A stretch of DNA of 64,000 nucleotides from Octopus vulgaris (GCA_951406725.2 OX597816.1:104780001-104844000), one strand, 5' to 3'. Positions 12,074 to 25,773 are shown, counted from the stretch's first letter. Notes: generated from the letters alone by a model not told the origin. Numbers and translations: made by a program.

Positions 12074-12303
12074 ATTTCTTTATTGCCCACAAGGGGCTAA
12101 ACATAGAGGGAACAAGCAAGGACAGACAAAGGATAAAGTCGATTACATCGACCCCAGTGCGTAGCTGGTACGTTATTTATCGACCCTGAAAGGATGAAAG
12201 GCAAAGTCGACCTCGGCGGAATTTGAACTCAGAACGTAACGGCAGACGAAATACCGCTAAGCATTTCGCCCGGCGCGTTAACGTTTCTGCGATCTCGCCG
12301 CCT
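12074..12303 (-). mobile_element. Young SINE family A monomer with target-site duplication
   Basis: Well-preserved head, core and tail; ctctgggctta is duplicated at 12057-12067 and 12304-12314. Confidence 0.92.
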
Positions 12304-12712
12304 CTCTGGGCTTACTCTGGAATATTAGTCAGTGACTTCTTTCGACCCCGCCCACATCACAAGAATTTGTGTTCGAAGTTAGACAAACCGGTGTACATGT
12401 CACCAAGACATGAGATACTGTAAGACATGAAGCTATGCTGAAAGTACTTTTGAGATTGCTCTTGATTAGCTGTGTCAATACAAATATTCTACTCACGCTT
12501 CTACTGAAGTTGCACGAGAAATCAAAGTAAATCCTGACTGAGATACAATTATGTGACTAAAGATAACATAATGAGATTGGACATTCGTACATGGTAGTGG
12601 GCCACATGTCCGTTTGTCAGATACTAGTGATACAATTTCATTCACTTCTGATGTTTATAAGAACCAGGGCATTTGATATAGGCATTTAGTGTTGATTGTT
12701 TACGTACAGCAT

Positions 12713-12938
12713 ATGGTGATGGTGGTGGTGGTGGTGGTTTTGATGACGATGACGATCATGATGACGATGACGACGACGACGCTGACGGTGATGATGATGA
12801 TGATGCTGATGATGATGATGATGACGACGACGATGATGATGACGACGATGATGATGATGACGACGATGATGATGATGACGACGATGATGACGATGATGAC
12901 GACGATGATGACAATGATGATGATGATGATGATGATGA
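12713..12938. repeat. Compound (GGT)/(GAT)/(GAC)n microsatellite
   Basis: Direct reading. Confidence 0.95.
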
Positions 12939-14089
12939 TATTGTTGTTACTGCTGTTCTTCTTATATAATTTGTATATATAATATTCAATTTAACTGAGT
13001 AAGCATTATTGTCATGCACAGCAACATAAGAGCAGATTGATGTGACATTTAAACACATAGAAAGCATCATTAATACCTTATTACTTGAGCTCGGAAACGT
13101 ATTTGCGAGGGTAGATACGTACATAAACGTGTACTTACTAAGACATGTACAAAGACACGCACGCATACACAAACACACTCACATATATACAAACACACAA
13201 TCACAAACATACAAAAACATACAAAGACACACATACACTGACGCATACACAGGAATTTGCATGCAAGCAGAAGATGTTCACTTTTTGTAAATATTAAAGT
13301 TTAGAAGCAGTAAGTATTTGAACTTATTGCTTCTAAAAGTAGTTTATGTCAAACTGTAGTTCTAGTTAACTATTCATCGCCACATCTCAATTTCGATGGC
13401 TACTTATAAAATAATGATCTTGTAATCCATGCTTAATGAAGCACGAAATGTCTCATATACACAGCATAGTAACTTATAATCATCTGATAAAATAGTCTTT
13501 TATATAATGAGCTAAAAATGTAACATTGGCTATATTCGCAATGCGCAGAATACAAAGTTACGTGTGTATGTGTGTGAGTGTGAGCAGTCCGCCCGCTATT
13601 TGCCATTCTAGCGACTGATCATTCAGTTTTTTTTCTTTTATATATCAGTGCAAGGGAAATATTTTTCAAGCATTCGGTTATATTGGATACTTGCTACCGA
13701 TAATGCTCAAATACATAGAAATCATGTAATCTAGCAGTTCCACCACCGTTGCTGATCATATTTCTGTGTCTTTTAGCACTATGCGTCTATAGGAGAAGCA
13801 TTCTTAAGACGGATACCGCAGTATTGCGGCGTTGCATCATTATATCTACATTAAGGAAGATATACAAATTGTTATTCAAAACTAATACTGTCCTTATTGC
13901 TAATAACGAATGTGTGTGTGAGGGAGAGAGAGAGGGGGAGAGAGAGTGCGCGCGCGCCTTTGTACCTCTGTGTGTGCAATTGTTTATCATTATACTGGTT
14001 TACAAATCGATATCAATAATGCTACGTCCCATTATGACCCCTAACTTAACTTTTTTAACAAACAGCGATATATATATATATATATATGC

Positions 14090-14144
<55 letters not shown>

Positions 14145-14997
14145 ATGTTAAAATATAGAGAATTGTGTATAGCAATGAGAGTATGAAACAATACACAAAC
14201 GATTCCTCGAACACCTTACTTGGTATGCGTTCTGAGATAATGTATCCTAAAGAAATAATAAACATTCAGATGAATATATTCGGATAGCAAACTATGCCTT
14301 GAGGCATTTTTTTCGCTTATATGCAAATTTATTAGATTACGTAAATCAGATACTTCAGAACGGCACATAATTTTCCTTTTTACCTCGAGAAAACAGCTTT
14401 ACAACATGCTCTATCATTAGTGTAAGTTGCTTACATATATTCTCATTTGAATACACTATCTATTACAAAATCTTCTTTGGGAGATCGTCTATAAGCAGAT
14501 GGGTTTAGCAGTAGTTGTGTTTACAGAAATATGGCGAGAAATATATTCCAGTTAAAATGTCATTGTATAAAGACGCGGGCATAAAGCTCTAACAAAGTTT
14601 AAACGTTCGTATTGTTTCAAAGTAACGATAACTGATCAAATTATTTAGCTACTTTCCCTTCGATTATCTTCCTGAAATATGTCTCAAAGAAATATTAATT
14701 TTCTTTTTTTAGACGCAGGTTTACTTGTTTCTTTTTCAATTAGTAGAGATGAGAAGCCATATTTTCTGCAGTTTCGGTATGATTTCGGAGTCAAAAAGTT
14801 AATCGATCACACACGACTGTCCATAGAGAGGGAAGAACGAGATTAGTTTATGGAACTGCGGCGCCTTGCTAACAATTCTTAGTCACATACGCATACACAT
14901 ATATACATATAGTCATATTTATGTGTGTATTTGTGTACATTTATATATAAAAACATATATGTATATACATGCATACGTACACACACACTCACATATA

Positions 14998-15047
<50 letters not shown>

Positions 15048-15758
15048 CATATGTTGTAAGGTTTGAAATTGTAGAATGCGACACGTCGGAGATGTTAAGT
15101 CAGCAATTGAAACAAAAATGGATTATTTCTGTCAAAGGTATGCTTGCTGTGAGTGACGTTGTAAAAAGGAAACAGTCTGAAATATTTCTTAACAAATATC
15201 GAATAGCTATTCAAAGTAACATGAAGATATTGACAAGACTTGTCCCAGTAATAAAGACAAGTGGCTTGTCATGATTGTAGTAATAATTGGTAAAGATTGA
15301 ATACAAAAGAGAAGAAAATTAGCCTTCATAAAGTTACAGGTAGCACTTGAAGTAGTTAGGTAAGAGGTTTCGACGAGAGACAGGATTACCAGTGCTATCA
15401 AGTGGAAAAGAATAAAACAACGAATGAATAACATGCAACAAGTAAAGAGAAAAAAATATAATATTTTTTTTAAATCCTTCAGCGCTAGAATACTTCATCT
15501 AAAACTCAGTTGTAAGATAATTTAAAATATGTATCTTTTGAAAGTTTGAAATTTTGACATGTTTGCAATATTACAAGATTGTTGACACACGAGAATAACT
15601 ATGGCCTCGAACTGATATTACTTCAGTCTCAACTGTTACTTTTTCTCCTTTCAGTCTTTCTTAAAGCTCAGTTTTATATCTAGAATTGGAAATGTTCTAT
15701 ACGTTCATCTCTACTCTCCCCTTTCCTCTCCTTCTGCACACACACGTATATATGCATA

Positions 15759-15759
<1 letters not shown>

Positions 15760-15795
<36 letters not shown>

Positions 15796-15796
15796 G

Positions 15797-15840
<44 letters not shown>

Positions 15841-15861
15841 TATAGATATGTGTGTGTATAG

Positions 15862-15898
<37 letters not shown>

Positions 15899-15968
15899 AT
15901 GTGTGTGTGTATAGTATGTATATATATATACATCTATATATATATATGATTTATATATACACATATAC

Positions 15969-16007
<39 letters not shown>

Positions 16008-16035
16008 TACATGTGTGTGTATGTATGTATGTTTG
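15760..16035. repeat. Compound (TA)n/(TG)n microsatellite
   Basis: Direct reading; similar tracts at ~14065-14142, 16205-16320, 32925-33460, 37585-37785, 39610-39840 and 48338-48563. Confidence 0.9.
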
Positions 16036-16279
16036 TATATCACTTCAGTCTTATATTCTGCAATGGACTATTTGACAATTTGTAGTACTTAACTTGAATT
16101 ATGATACAGAGCACAAAAAGTAAGCTGAGACTTATGTGTAGCAAAACTGTTAACAAGTCGGAAATATTTCTTCGCCAGTGAATGAAACATATACATTTTA
16201 TTGTACACTTACACATACACACTCACACACTCACATATATATACACATGTATGTGTATGTGTGCATATATGTATGTATG

Positions 16280-16323
<44 letters not shown>

Positions 16324-18325
16324 TGAAGGACTTATGATTTGTATAAAATATGATGTGTCGGTTAAGTTACAAATCTAAAGTTATAATATATGCCAAAATG
16401 AATACATAACTTTGGCATATATATTCTTTAGGATATCTTCCCACCACAATAGTGTTCAGGGAAACTATGGATTTGAGATATTAAGTTAAGCTGAATATGT
16501 CAGCAGGAATATAAAAATGTATTGTATAAAATATGTCTACAAACATTGATTAGATATCAAAATGTATATATTCAAATGGTTAGGTGTGAATCAGTCAACA
16601 TAATTTGGTAATGCGGTAAATGTAGGCATGTGTATTTGCAATATGAGCATATGAGCTCATACATAAGTATATTTTTTCCACCTGAATTCATAATTAGTCT
16701 GTATACTGGAGTTGCTTTTGTGAATTCGAATAGTAATAATGCTTCGTTTAAGATTCTAAACTCTGTTCCTTAAACATGCAAAAATATTCTGCATTAGGAT
16801 TATTTGTGATGTCTTAGCTTTACCAATCAAAATTAAAGACAAATGTAAATTGTTATAATTGCAGTGACTGATCTGATAAAATTATGCTGTGTTTTAAATT
16901 TGCTTCAATTATAGATGAAGCAGATCTGATTGACCTGGTTATATTTATACATATATTGTATATATCGCCTGTCATGTTTTAGAAATTTTAAATCTATGTA
17001 TGCTTATCCCACACAATAGTGCTGAGTAGCATAATCAATTGCCTTACATTTTTTACCAAGATTATCTCGTCTCTATTGCTCAAACACAGAAATTTGCTCC
17101 ACATGGTATGGAAATTACATCAACCCCAGTACTCAATGTGCAACGTAATTTATCAACTACTTTCAGAATAAAAGGTAAAACCAACGCAAAACAAATATGG
17201 ACCTAATAGTAAGACATTTTATCCAGCATCTTATTATTTCAAATTAAAATATCTTTCAATTTGTAAAAATATTAACACTTTACATATTTCTCTAAACTCC
17301 TTCAAAAATGTTGTCGAACGTTAAGAAACAAACTTTACTCTGTTTCTGTTATTGTATTTCTCCTTGCAATTGCTTATAAATCAATAAAATATTTAAGACG
17401 TTATGTCAACTTGACATATATACATTTTTTCTCAATGAGAAACACATGCGTAGAAATAACTAGGTTTTCTTTTATTAAACAAAATGAAAGAAAAACAGAT
17501 TTAAGGTTAAAAATTTAGAAGTGATTTTGTTTTATGCTTTGAATCTGTATTTTTCTTATATTTTCACAAAAATACTAAATGCAGCAGTTGAGTGATAGAA
17601 ACATTACGAAAAAGGTTCGATTTAAAGCTCATAATGCAATATGAAAGTAGTTACCTTTTGCAAACTTCAACAAGTTTCGGTCGATCGATTTGTTGATATG
17701 TGAAGAAACAAACCTTTATAAATGGAAATATTTTATACAAATGTAAATTGAATATTTGCTAAAGGTTTTCAATTAATTCTACTGCAACCTCTGTTAATTA
17801 AAATACAAGATTTGACAATATGGAGTTAAAGGTAAGCAATATTTAAACTGTCATGACATACCGGGATGCTATTGATTTTTAATTCTCATCCCTTTTCTTT
17901 TGCTAACACATTTTCAATGTTCCTTTACCACGATTCAATACCCGCTCTAATTTCATTGTACATACACTTCATATCAGGCCAGAGTAATTGAGATTAAAGC
18001 GGGTGAATTCTTGCCACAGCGTCCCCACTACTAATGCGCCTTATATACAAACCCGTAGCTAGCATTTGCAATTTGTTTTATTTTCGAATTTACAGATAAA
18101 TTTTCGTTATGTTCACACACATTAATTGATTTCCCTGCCCAAGCGCGGATATAAACATGTCGAGTAATATAATCATAACTAGAATCAACGATATTCAAGC
18201 ATATACATATTTATATACAAGCTTAGGTTGTGACATAATGCTACAAATAGAGTAATCTTCTATATTCCATGCATAGAAATACAGAACACATTTTGGGAAT
18301 GTCTTTTAAATTTTATTTTAGTTCA

Positions 18326-18886
18326 TGTATATATATAAAACTGTAGTTGTGTGAGTGTCTGTCCCCTTCGATTTAGATTCCTAACTACTCCCACATTTTG
18401 CGGTGCAGTTTAACCAAATTCGGGTATATTATTGTCGTGATTCATATCGAGCCCGTCTGAGTATTAGCGCGCGTCTACGATGAGTCTACGATTTTAAAAA
18501 TAATTTAACATCATTTTTTATTCCATTTTAATGCATAATTTTTCGTGTGTCGATGGCGGCGGAGTTGGCGTCATGGTCACACCTGCACCTGTTTGCTTCT
18601 CCCCCTTCTTCCCTCCCTCGTGAAGCTGTGGGGAAGGGAGTGTAAGGAAATCAACGTCGTAAAGCGTTGTCAAGGAGACCAGCGTTCTTTTAGAACAACG
18701 ACTTCATGGCTTGAAGACACCAAAACAGAAAATGTCTACGATGAGTCAACGATTTTTTAAAAAATTTGCCATAATTTTTTTCCATTTTTAATGCCTTTTT
18801 TTGCTATTTTTTGGCTATAACTCTCTAAAAATGCTTATATAGTTATTTCCCTTACAAACCCGAGCAATGCCGGGCGATACTGCTAG
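18326..18886 (+). mobile_element. Non-autonomous Helitron-like element, copy 1
   Basis: Starts tatatataaaactgtagttgtg; ends with the hairpin cccg-agcaatgc-cggg followed by CTAG|T; no TIR or TSD; closely similar to 42672-43189. Confidence 0.8.
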
Positions 18887-19044
18887 TTGTTTATAAATTA
18901 CATACATAGATGATATATAGTGGATTTTATTTATTTACTTATTCAGCTTTCGAAGTCTATATCTCTTGATGTTGGGTATTTTCAACATTGGTGAATTTGA
19001 AATTTGTTAGTGGAAACAGGATTCCGCTTGATTTTACCAGTATG

Positions 19045-19257
19045 TATATACAAGCGTGTATAATGCAGTGAACTGGAAGAATCGTTAGCATGCTGGACAA
19101 AATGCCTGACGGCATTTCTGAGTTCCGGTTCCACTGAGGTCGACTTTGCTTTTCATCCTTTCGAAATCGATAAAATAAGTACCAGTTGAACACTGGAGTT
19201 GATGTAATAGATTTACACCCTCCCTGAACCTACTGACCTTGTACTAATAAAACCAAA
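19045..19257 (+). mobile_element. SINE family A
   Basis: gaactggaagaatcgttagcatgc head; gtcgactttgcttttcatcctttcg core. Confidence 0.85.
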
Positions 19258-19387
19258 TATGTGTATGTTTGCGCGTGTATGTCTTACAAAACATAATTAA
19301 TGTTGTTCTATATTTAAGAGATTAGGAATTATGTACATTATTTACATTATTTACAATTGACGGATATTTGTCCTCATATTGTTTGTC

Positions 19388-19431
19388 AACACAACGTTTC
19401 GGCTGATGTACCCTCGCCTTCATCAGGTGTC
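19388..19431 (-). ncRNA. Minimal hammerhead motif (left arm, 2-nt deletion in stem II)
   Basis: Reverse complement reads gacac CTGATGA a ggc-gagggtacat-cagcc GAAAC GTT gtgtt. Confidence 0.65.
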
Positions 19432-19515
19432 TTGAGAAATTTCGAACCTGGATTCGCATTCCTAAGGTATTTTTCGATTTTTTTATTATTATTAACCACT
19501 ACGCCATACGCCCAA

Positions 19516-19588
19516 GGGCATATGGCGTAGTGGTTAAGAGCGCGGGCTACCAACCCCAAGATTCCGAGTTCGATTCCAGGCAGTGACC
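19516..19588 (+). promoter_or_regulatory. tRNA-derived Pol III head (A and B boxes) of the family H element
   Basis: A box TGGCGTAGTGG, B box GAGTTCGATTCC, tRNA-like spacing; the acceptor stem does not pair properly. Confidence 0.8.
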
Positions 19589-19665
19589 TGAATAATAATA
19601 ATAATAACAATAACGACAACGACAAATACCTTAGAAATGAGAGCCCATGTTCGAAATTTTCCGAA

Positions 19666-19711
19666 GACACCTGATGAAGGCTGGAGGGTATATCAGCCGA
19701 AACGTTGTGTT
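19666..19711 (+). ncRNA. Minimal type I hammerhead ribozyme motif (right arm, intact core)
   Basis: Stem I GACAC/GTGTT; CTGATGA; extra A; stem II GGCTG/CAGCC; GAAAC-GTT with palindromic AACGTT in place of stem III; predicted cut after 19706. Confidence 0.8.
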
Positions 19712-22064
19712 AACAACAAACAAGATGAGGACAAATATCTGTTAATTGTAAATAATGTAAATAATGTTTAATTAATGTTATTTATATATGAATTTAATGT
19801 ATAGATATGGAGACTTATAAACACTATAAATATATATAATTATAAACGCCATAAACGCAGCTGCACTTAATTTGAAACAAGCAAGCGTATGTGTGCTAAA
19901 ACGCTTGCCTATTAAAGCGTCATGAATTTATTTCTATGAAAGACATGAACACTCCTGTAAGCGTTTCATACTGACAGGCTTAGTAGGAGCTGTCATTCAT
20001 ATACTTCAGATTTGTGGCCTACCTGAAAGAAGATCAGCAATTGTAAGAGAATCAAGAATACATTATTATCTTTACTTTGTACAAGATTAATTTATGCGAA
20101 ATGAGTTCAGATGCCATGTGTGACTGCTAAGATTGATTAAAATGCTAATCTAATCGGCTCAAACTGAGTCATCAGCATATACACTATACATCTGAAGCTG
20201 ACTTTTCGGCTTTTATTTTTATTGAAAATCGTGCTAAAGTATTCAGAAATGATACTGACCCCACAGGAGAGATTTCTATCTGTTATACTGAATCGAAATA
20301 TTCTAATATTTAAACCTGTCTCTATTCATAACAGTATATGTTTAAGTATATTCCGACAACCGTCTGTAATGCTCGCCGTTATGTTTTCAAATAGCCAGTC
20401 ATAGGCATCTGCCAACCCACCTACACAGATAGATATTTATGTGTATACAGTCGGACGGGCATAATATCATATGTTAGAATTCAAATTTTTCGTGTGTTGC
20501 TGTCGTTATTGTGAAATAGATTTCAAGGGAACTGATATCTTGCATTAGTTAGTTGAGACACAATGATTGTTTGTGACAAAATGCAGTTTAAATCACATCC
20601 ATTCACCTTTTCCTTTGCCCTTTCGTCCATGTGGTTCCTCCTTCGCTTCTTACTTGTAATCTCTCAACACAACTTTTTGCTACATCTATATGGAACAATT
20701 ATTCTCTTTCGCCTTTCGCTTCTTATCTTCTATTATTTTCGACAGTTATGCAAATGGCTGCCGCGTTATCGATTTCTACTATGAGTATCTTAAGGAAGAT
20801 TTTATATTGTGATGATATAAGATTGCTTATAGCATGCTATATATTCTCAATTAGAGATGTAATTGTCGAATCGCTTCAAATGACTTCATTCTCACCACAT
20901 TGCTCATAACTTCGTAGCCTTCTTGAAATGATATCCATCTTTAACAGTTCCCGCAACTCAACTTACTTTAATCTAACAATCTGTAAATTAGATAACAAGA
21001 ATGATGCACTTGATTGGTTGTAGAGAATCGGACATAAAATTAATCAAGAGTAGAATAACATATATCTAGTCTTTTCGGATTATAAAATGTACGGAAGCAA
21101 AAGAGGGGATGTTTCGGCTTTTATTAATATTCACTGGGCTACATCTTTCTTTATAAATTCACATCACAGGTGATTGAACCACCGTTAACCTATCTGACAC
21201 AATGCTTTTCTCTGCATCCTGAGGAGATGCAACAGCAAGTTCTGGTCACTCTCGAATTAACAACAGTTTTTATTATCTTAGTTTATTAATCGCAAACCCT
21301 TCGAGGAGCTTGAAAAGTCAACACGGATTAATGTATTGCATTTAATTTCTTTGACGCACTACATATGATTAGTTAGTACATATAAGGTAAGGTTATAAAA
21401 AATATTCTATAATTAACTTTCTAAGCATCATTATTAGTAATTATGTATAGGCATAATGTCATACAATAACACTACCTCTTCTTAGTGTATTTGAAAAAGA
21501 AAACATTTAAAAGCGCTTGTTTTGGTTCGTTTGAAGTTGAAGGAAGGATAAAGAAACAGATCGTTAGATGCAGCGACTGAATATCATACATTATCTATGC
21601 AACTGCAGATAAGGTTTCGTTCCATTTTTAGTTAATTCTTATTCAAATATTGCGTAAAAGTAATTGAACTTTCCTTGTAGATACACGCTGAGATGTTACC
21701 TCATCTTTACTGGGATCCTGTCATGCACCAATACACGACCTACTATACTGATGGAAGACATCATTTATTTGGGAGAGTCGCAAGTGGCTGACTATAAATT
21801 GATGTAGTACTGAACAAAATGTAAAAAATGCATCTTGTTTCTCTGCAACAACTCATTGTATCAATGACAAATATAAAAATGGACTTAGCACAGAAGATCT
21901 TAAACCAATAAAATGTATATAGATAACGTGAATTCCCTTTGATATTGTGATTGTGTATACCTACATTAGACATTGATAGATAAACTTAATATAACTCTCG
22001 TTCCAGCTGTTAGTTCTCATCTTATATATGTGTGTGTGTCTGTGTGTGTACGGGTTTGTGTGCA

Positions 22065-22095
<31 letters not shown>

Positions 22096-22284
22096 TGTAT
22101 GAACAAAGGAATGAGCAGATAGGTATCGTATTTATTAATCAGTTACGATCGTTTCAATAACCGGTGGGATTGTTATATCAACCAACATACTGGAACAAAT
22201 ATAGACAAAGATTATGTAAGTCCAATGCAATATTAAGCGAAAGTCCCAACCGATCATATCATCCTAAATATTGAACATAAGAGA

Positions 22285-22400
22285 ATATGGTCATAAATTA
22301 AATTGGTAGGAAGATCGTTTAGTAACGGCAAGACACAAAATAAAGGAGTTAAAGAAGGAGAAATTCGTATAAACTCCTGAGAAAAAATCTACTGTGACTT
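22285..22400 (+). pseudogene. Possible Penelope-like GIY-YIG C-terminal remnant
   Basis: YGHKLNW*EDRLVTARHKIKE resembles the GHxFxW...RxxKE end of PLE endonucleases; short and degenerate. Confidence 0.25.
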
Positions 22401-24149
22401 TAGGGTTACAAACATAGGCAAGAGTTAGGACGAAGTTAAAATTAAACAATCTGAACGGAAATATTCCAGTAGCGGCAAACACAACAATGGCTCTCAAATA
22501 TCTATTAACTAGGGACAGGGTAAGCCTAAAAGAATATCGAAGAAACATGAAAAAAAAGGGGTGGGGATCAAGAGTGAGGTAGGACTATAGCCGACATTTT
22601 CGAGATTCTTTCTATCTTAAAATTCTTCTACAAAGTGCCTAAATTAAATTCTTGATGTTGCCGATACAGTTGTAACAGAATTTTTGTTAGTTCTCACATA
22701 ACCAAATAAAAAATGATTCAGCACTATGATTTAAATGCTTATACGTGATATTGAATGTCAAAACAGACTGAAAAGAGAGGCAATCGGATGATGATGCGTT
22801 CACACACATTTTAAGTCTTTGATACGTGTTATAAGATCGCAGGCATTATTTTTGTAGAGGACTGCAAAACATTCTATTCATGGGAGAGCTATTAATATAT
22901 ATTCAAGACGACAATTTCTCATTTTGCATACGAAAGGAGCAATATTCATTTATAGTTCAGTTTAAGGCAATATCTAAAAACAATTAGCTACATTGGTGTT
23001 AACACCAATTAGTAATGTGTATGTGTGTGTATACAAATATATAGACATGCATACATATGTACAGCCTTATATGTGTATTCTTTAAATATTACTGTTATAA
23101 CTGTGCATGAGCGAGAATACAACTACTCAAATTCTAATGAAAATCGAATCAAAATAACCCATCATAATTAGAGTATCAAGAGAACAATTTGCCAATCCCT
23201 AATTACTCTTAACTAAATTTTATGATTTTACATTTTAAAAATCTCTGCTATTGAGCAACCTATGCTATTCTGTTATGAATATATAACAACTCTAGTCTTC
23301 TTTTTCCTCTATAAAAGTCGAGCACATTATACATAAATGTATATACATACATACATGTATACGTGTGTGTATTATGTATAAATACATATACACGCATACA
23401 TTCACGCACATATCATATATATATATATAACAAATGTATAATTTACAGTTATATATTAAAATGTCTCCTACAGATATTTTGGAAACGAAATTTTTAAATT
23501 CTCAAAATAAACAAGTTAATTAACATTGAAATATTTAAGTTAATTAAGTTAATTAACTGAGACTTTCTCTACAATTTTCATTTCAGAATTGCATCTAATA
23601 ACAGACACTAAAGAATGAATTTGAAACATGTTTATTGTTTCTTAGCTTCATTAATAGCTTGTGGTGGGTTGAAGAAATGATATCTATTATTTTAATCGTG
23701 TTAAAACAACACTGACACTGATAAAATTATCCGCTCCTTTGTCGGAAAATTATAAAATATATATTACTTAAAGACAATATACCATACAAATAAAAGACAC
23801 ATGCGATACTTTCTTTAAATATTAAACTGTTCTTCGTAGGTTAAATCCTACTGGACTTGTAAGTAAGCTATTGGATGTCTTGTAGACAACCATGTATCTC
23901 TACTAATGGATACGGGTTAAAATGCATTTGATTGGAGAACGGCAGCCAGCAGGTGAAATTACTTGCCATAACCTTTTTTCGTTTTGATTGGTTACCAGCC
24001 GTTTGTTTCGTTATTTTATTGCTATATTGTTCTAAATTGATTTTGCAAAGCTAAAAGTCTTTAGTTTCTGTTTTTAGTCCACAGCATTTGAGCCTTTACA
24101 GGCTTTGTCTCTAGCTCTCTTCTTCTTAGACGCGTCTTGAAATACATGG

Positions 24150-24700
24150 AAAAGCATTATCGTTAATATTTTTGCTCTTCCGTTTTTCTATATCTTTTTC
24201 CTTTTACCCTTGATCTTTATTTAAAACTTTTTCTGTATAATTAGCTTTTTATATGTACTTAATCGATTGTGGATGTATAGAGAAAGGTTTTCTATTTCCA
24301 TAATTTTATATTATTAAACTAACAACCCTCTTTTCCATTTCTAAGTTGTAGTTCTTATTTTGTATTTTTTTTTAGTGGGGGTTCGAGACATACCATAACT
24401 ATTATGAGATTTTTCTTTTTCGTTTTTGAACTCAGTCTTTCTTTAATTTTTGCTGTATAGGTATATTTTCTACACGTTCTATCCAGGTTCTATTCACCTT
24501 ATCTATTATGGATATATTAAATCCCTAGGTTATATTAAATCCTAGGTACTTATAAATCTCTCTTTCCACTGAGTTCAACGTCTATTAGTTAGATTTTTCT
24601 TGTTATCTAATTTTCTAATTCCTTTCTAATACGCTCCATCTTTTTTCTATGCTATATCTGATCATTTTCACCTATTCCTAAGTATCTGAACGGAAGGTTT
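24150..24700 (-). pseudogene. Highly degenerate LINE RT remnant
   Basis: Minus strand gives VEREIYKYLGFNIT (YKYLG motif, ~24530-24570) in a long A-rich coding-like stretch with many stops. Confidence 0.4.
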
Positions 24701-25004
24701 TATACGAATTCTCTGATTTCTTTGTTTAAATTCAGCTTTATCAATCATTTTGCTTTTTTCCCGCCTTTGGTCATTTCTATACCCATCAGTGATGTAGTCA
24801 GCATAAATATGTCATATAGACAGAGACCTACATACTGAGAATTGAACGCCTTGTTTCCTCAACGAAACATATCATAGGTCCGACTAGCAAGTAAACTGAA
24901 TGGCATGTGATGATTGAAGACAAATCCTCCAAACGTCTCCAAAGAGCAAAATTATAGTAGAATCAGTTACGTTTAGCAAATAAGTAAAGATGATTTTAAA
25001 TGTT

Positions 25005-25355
25005 TGCACAAAGCCAGTGATTTGGGGAGTGGATCTAAACCAACACTGGTACGAATAAATACGTACCAGTGTTGAACAGGTACGTATTTATTCGACCACG
25101 AAAGGATGAAAGGTGAGGTCGACCTCAGTGGAATTTGAGCTCAGAACGTGAATGCGGATGAAATGGCGCTAAGAATTTTCACTAGCATGCCAATAATCCT
25201 GGCAGCTTGTTGCTTTAAACAAAGAGGTGATAAGGTAATAATTGTTTCAAATTTTAGCACAAGGTCAGTAATTGCGGAGGAAGGATTAAATCGATTACAT
25301 CGACCTCAGAGCTCAAACGGTACTTACTTCATCAACCCCGAAAGGATGAAAGCTA
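25005..25355 (-). mobile_element. Two adjacent SINE family A fragments
   Basis: cgaaaggatgaaag core at ~25100 and ~25340. Confidence 0.75.
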
Positions 25356-25554
25356 AAAACAAAGAAGTGACAATGAGAAATAAAAGACTAAGTAGCAAGT
25401 TAGCATTTTGGAAAAAGCAGTATCACATGACTCTGTAAATGAACAATGTGGCGTGGTTGTTTTAATGGCCTACCAATGTATACAGTACGTTTCTCTGTCC
25501 TACGTGTCAGGAAAACACTCGTCAAGAAATGGAAGCAGAATTGAAAGAAGAGAC

Positions 25555-25614
<60 letters not shown>

Positions 25615-25616
<2 letters not shown>

Positions 25617-25760
25617 CATTTTCTCAAGCTCGTTCTCTAACCGCCTGACAACACCTTAAGGAGAGACAGACAATGCATACATTGCCTTGATCTTGTTCCC
25701 TCCACTGAGTCTACTCTCCATAATTAATTGGTTTCATCGCCTAAAGCTTACCTTCAGCTT
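25615..25760 (-). mobile_element. R4/Dong-like RT thumb fragment, inverted partner of 26141-26312
   Basis: Reverse complement ggtaagctttaggcga...ggagagtagactcagtggagggaacaagatcaaggcaatg...gagcttgagaaaatgcat matches the + copy. Confidence 0.75.
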
Positions 25761-25773
25761 GCATTACTACTAT

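Larger units (their letters stand above)
19305..19768. mobile_element. Head-to-head inverted dimer of a tRNA-headed, hammerhead-bearing element (family H), with 11-bp TSD
   Basis: Arms are reverse complements joined at ...acgccc-aa-gggcat...; taattaatgtt is duplicated at 19294-19304 and 19769-19779. Confidence 0.9.

Noticed and set aside
12689-13178. Poly-Met/Thr and poly-Ser ORFs (or a poly-Asp exon)
   Set aside because: Trinucleotide microsatellite with no splice or homology support.
17820-17838. First coding exon ATGGAGTTAAAG|gtaagc (similarly ~39414-39455)
   Set aside because: Donor-like matches are expected by chance in 64 kb, and no downstream coding exons could be linked.
19516-19588. 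Functional tRNA gene
   Set aside because: The acceptor stem does not pair, the putative anticodon differs between copies (ACC vs ACT), and it lies inside a TSD-flanked repeat.
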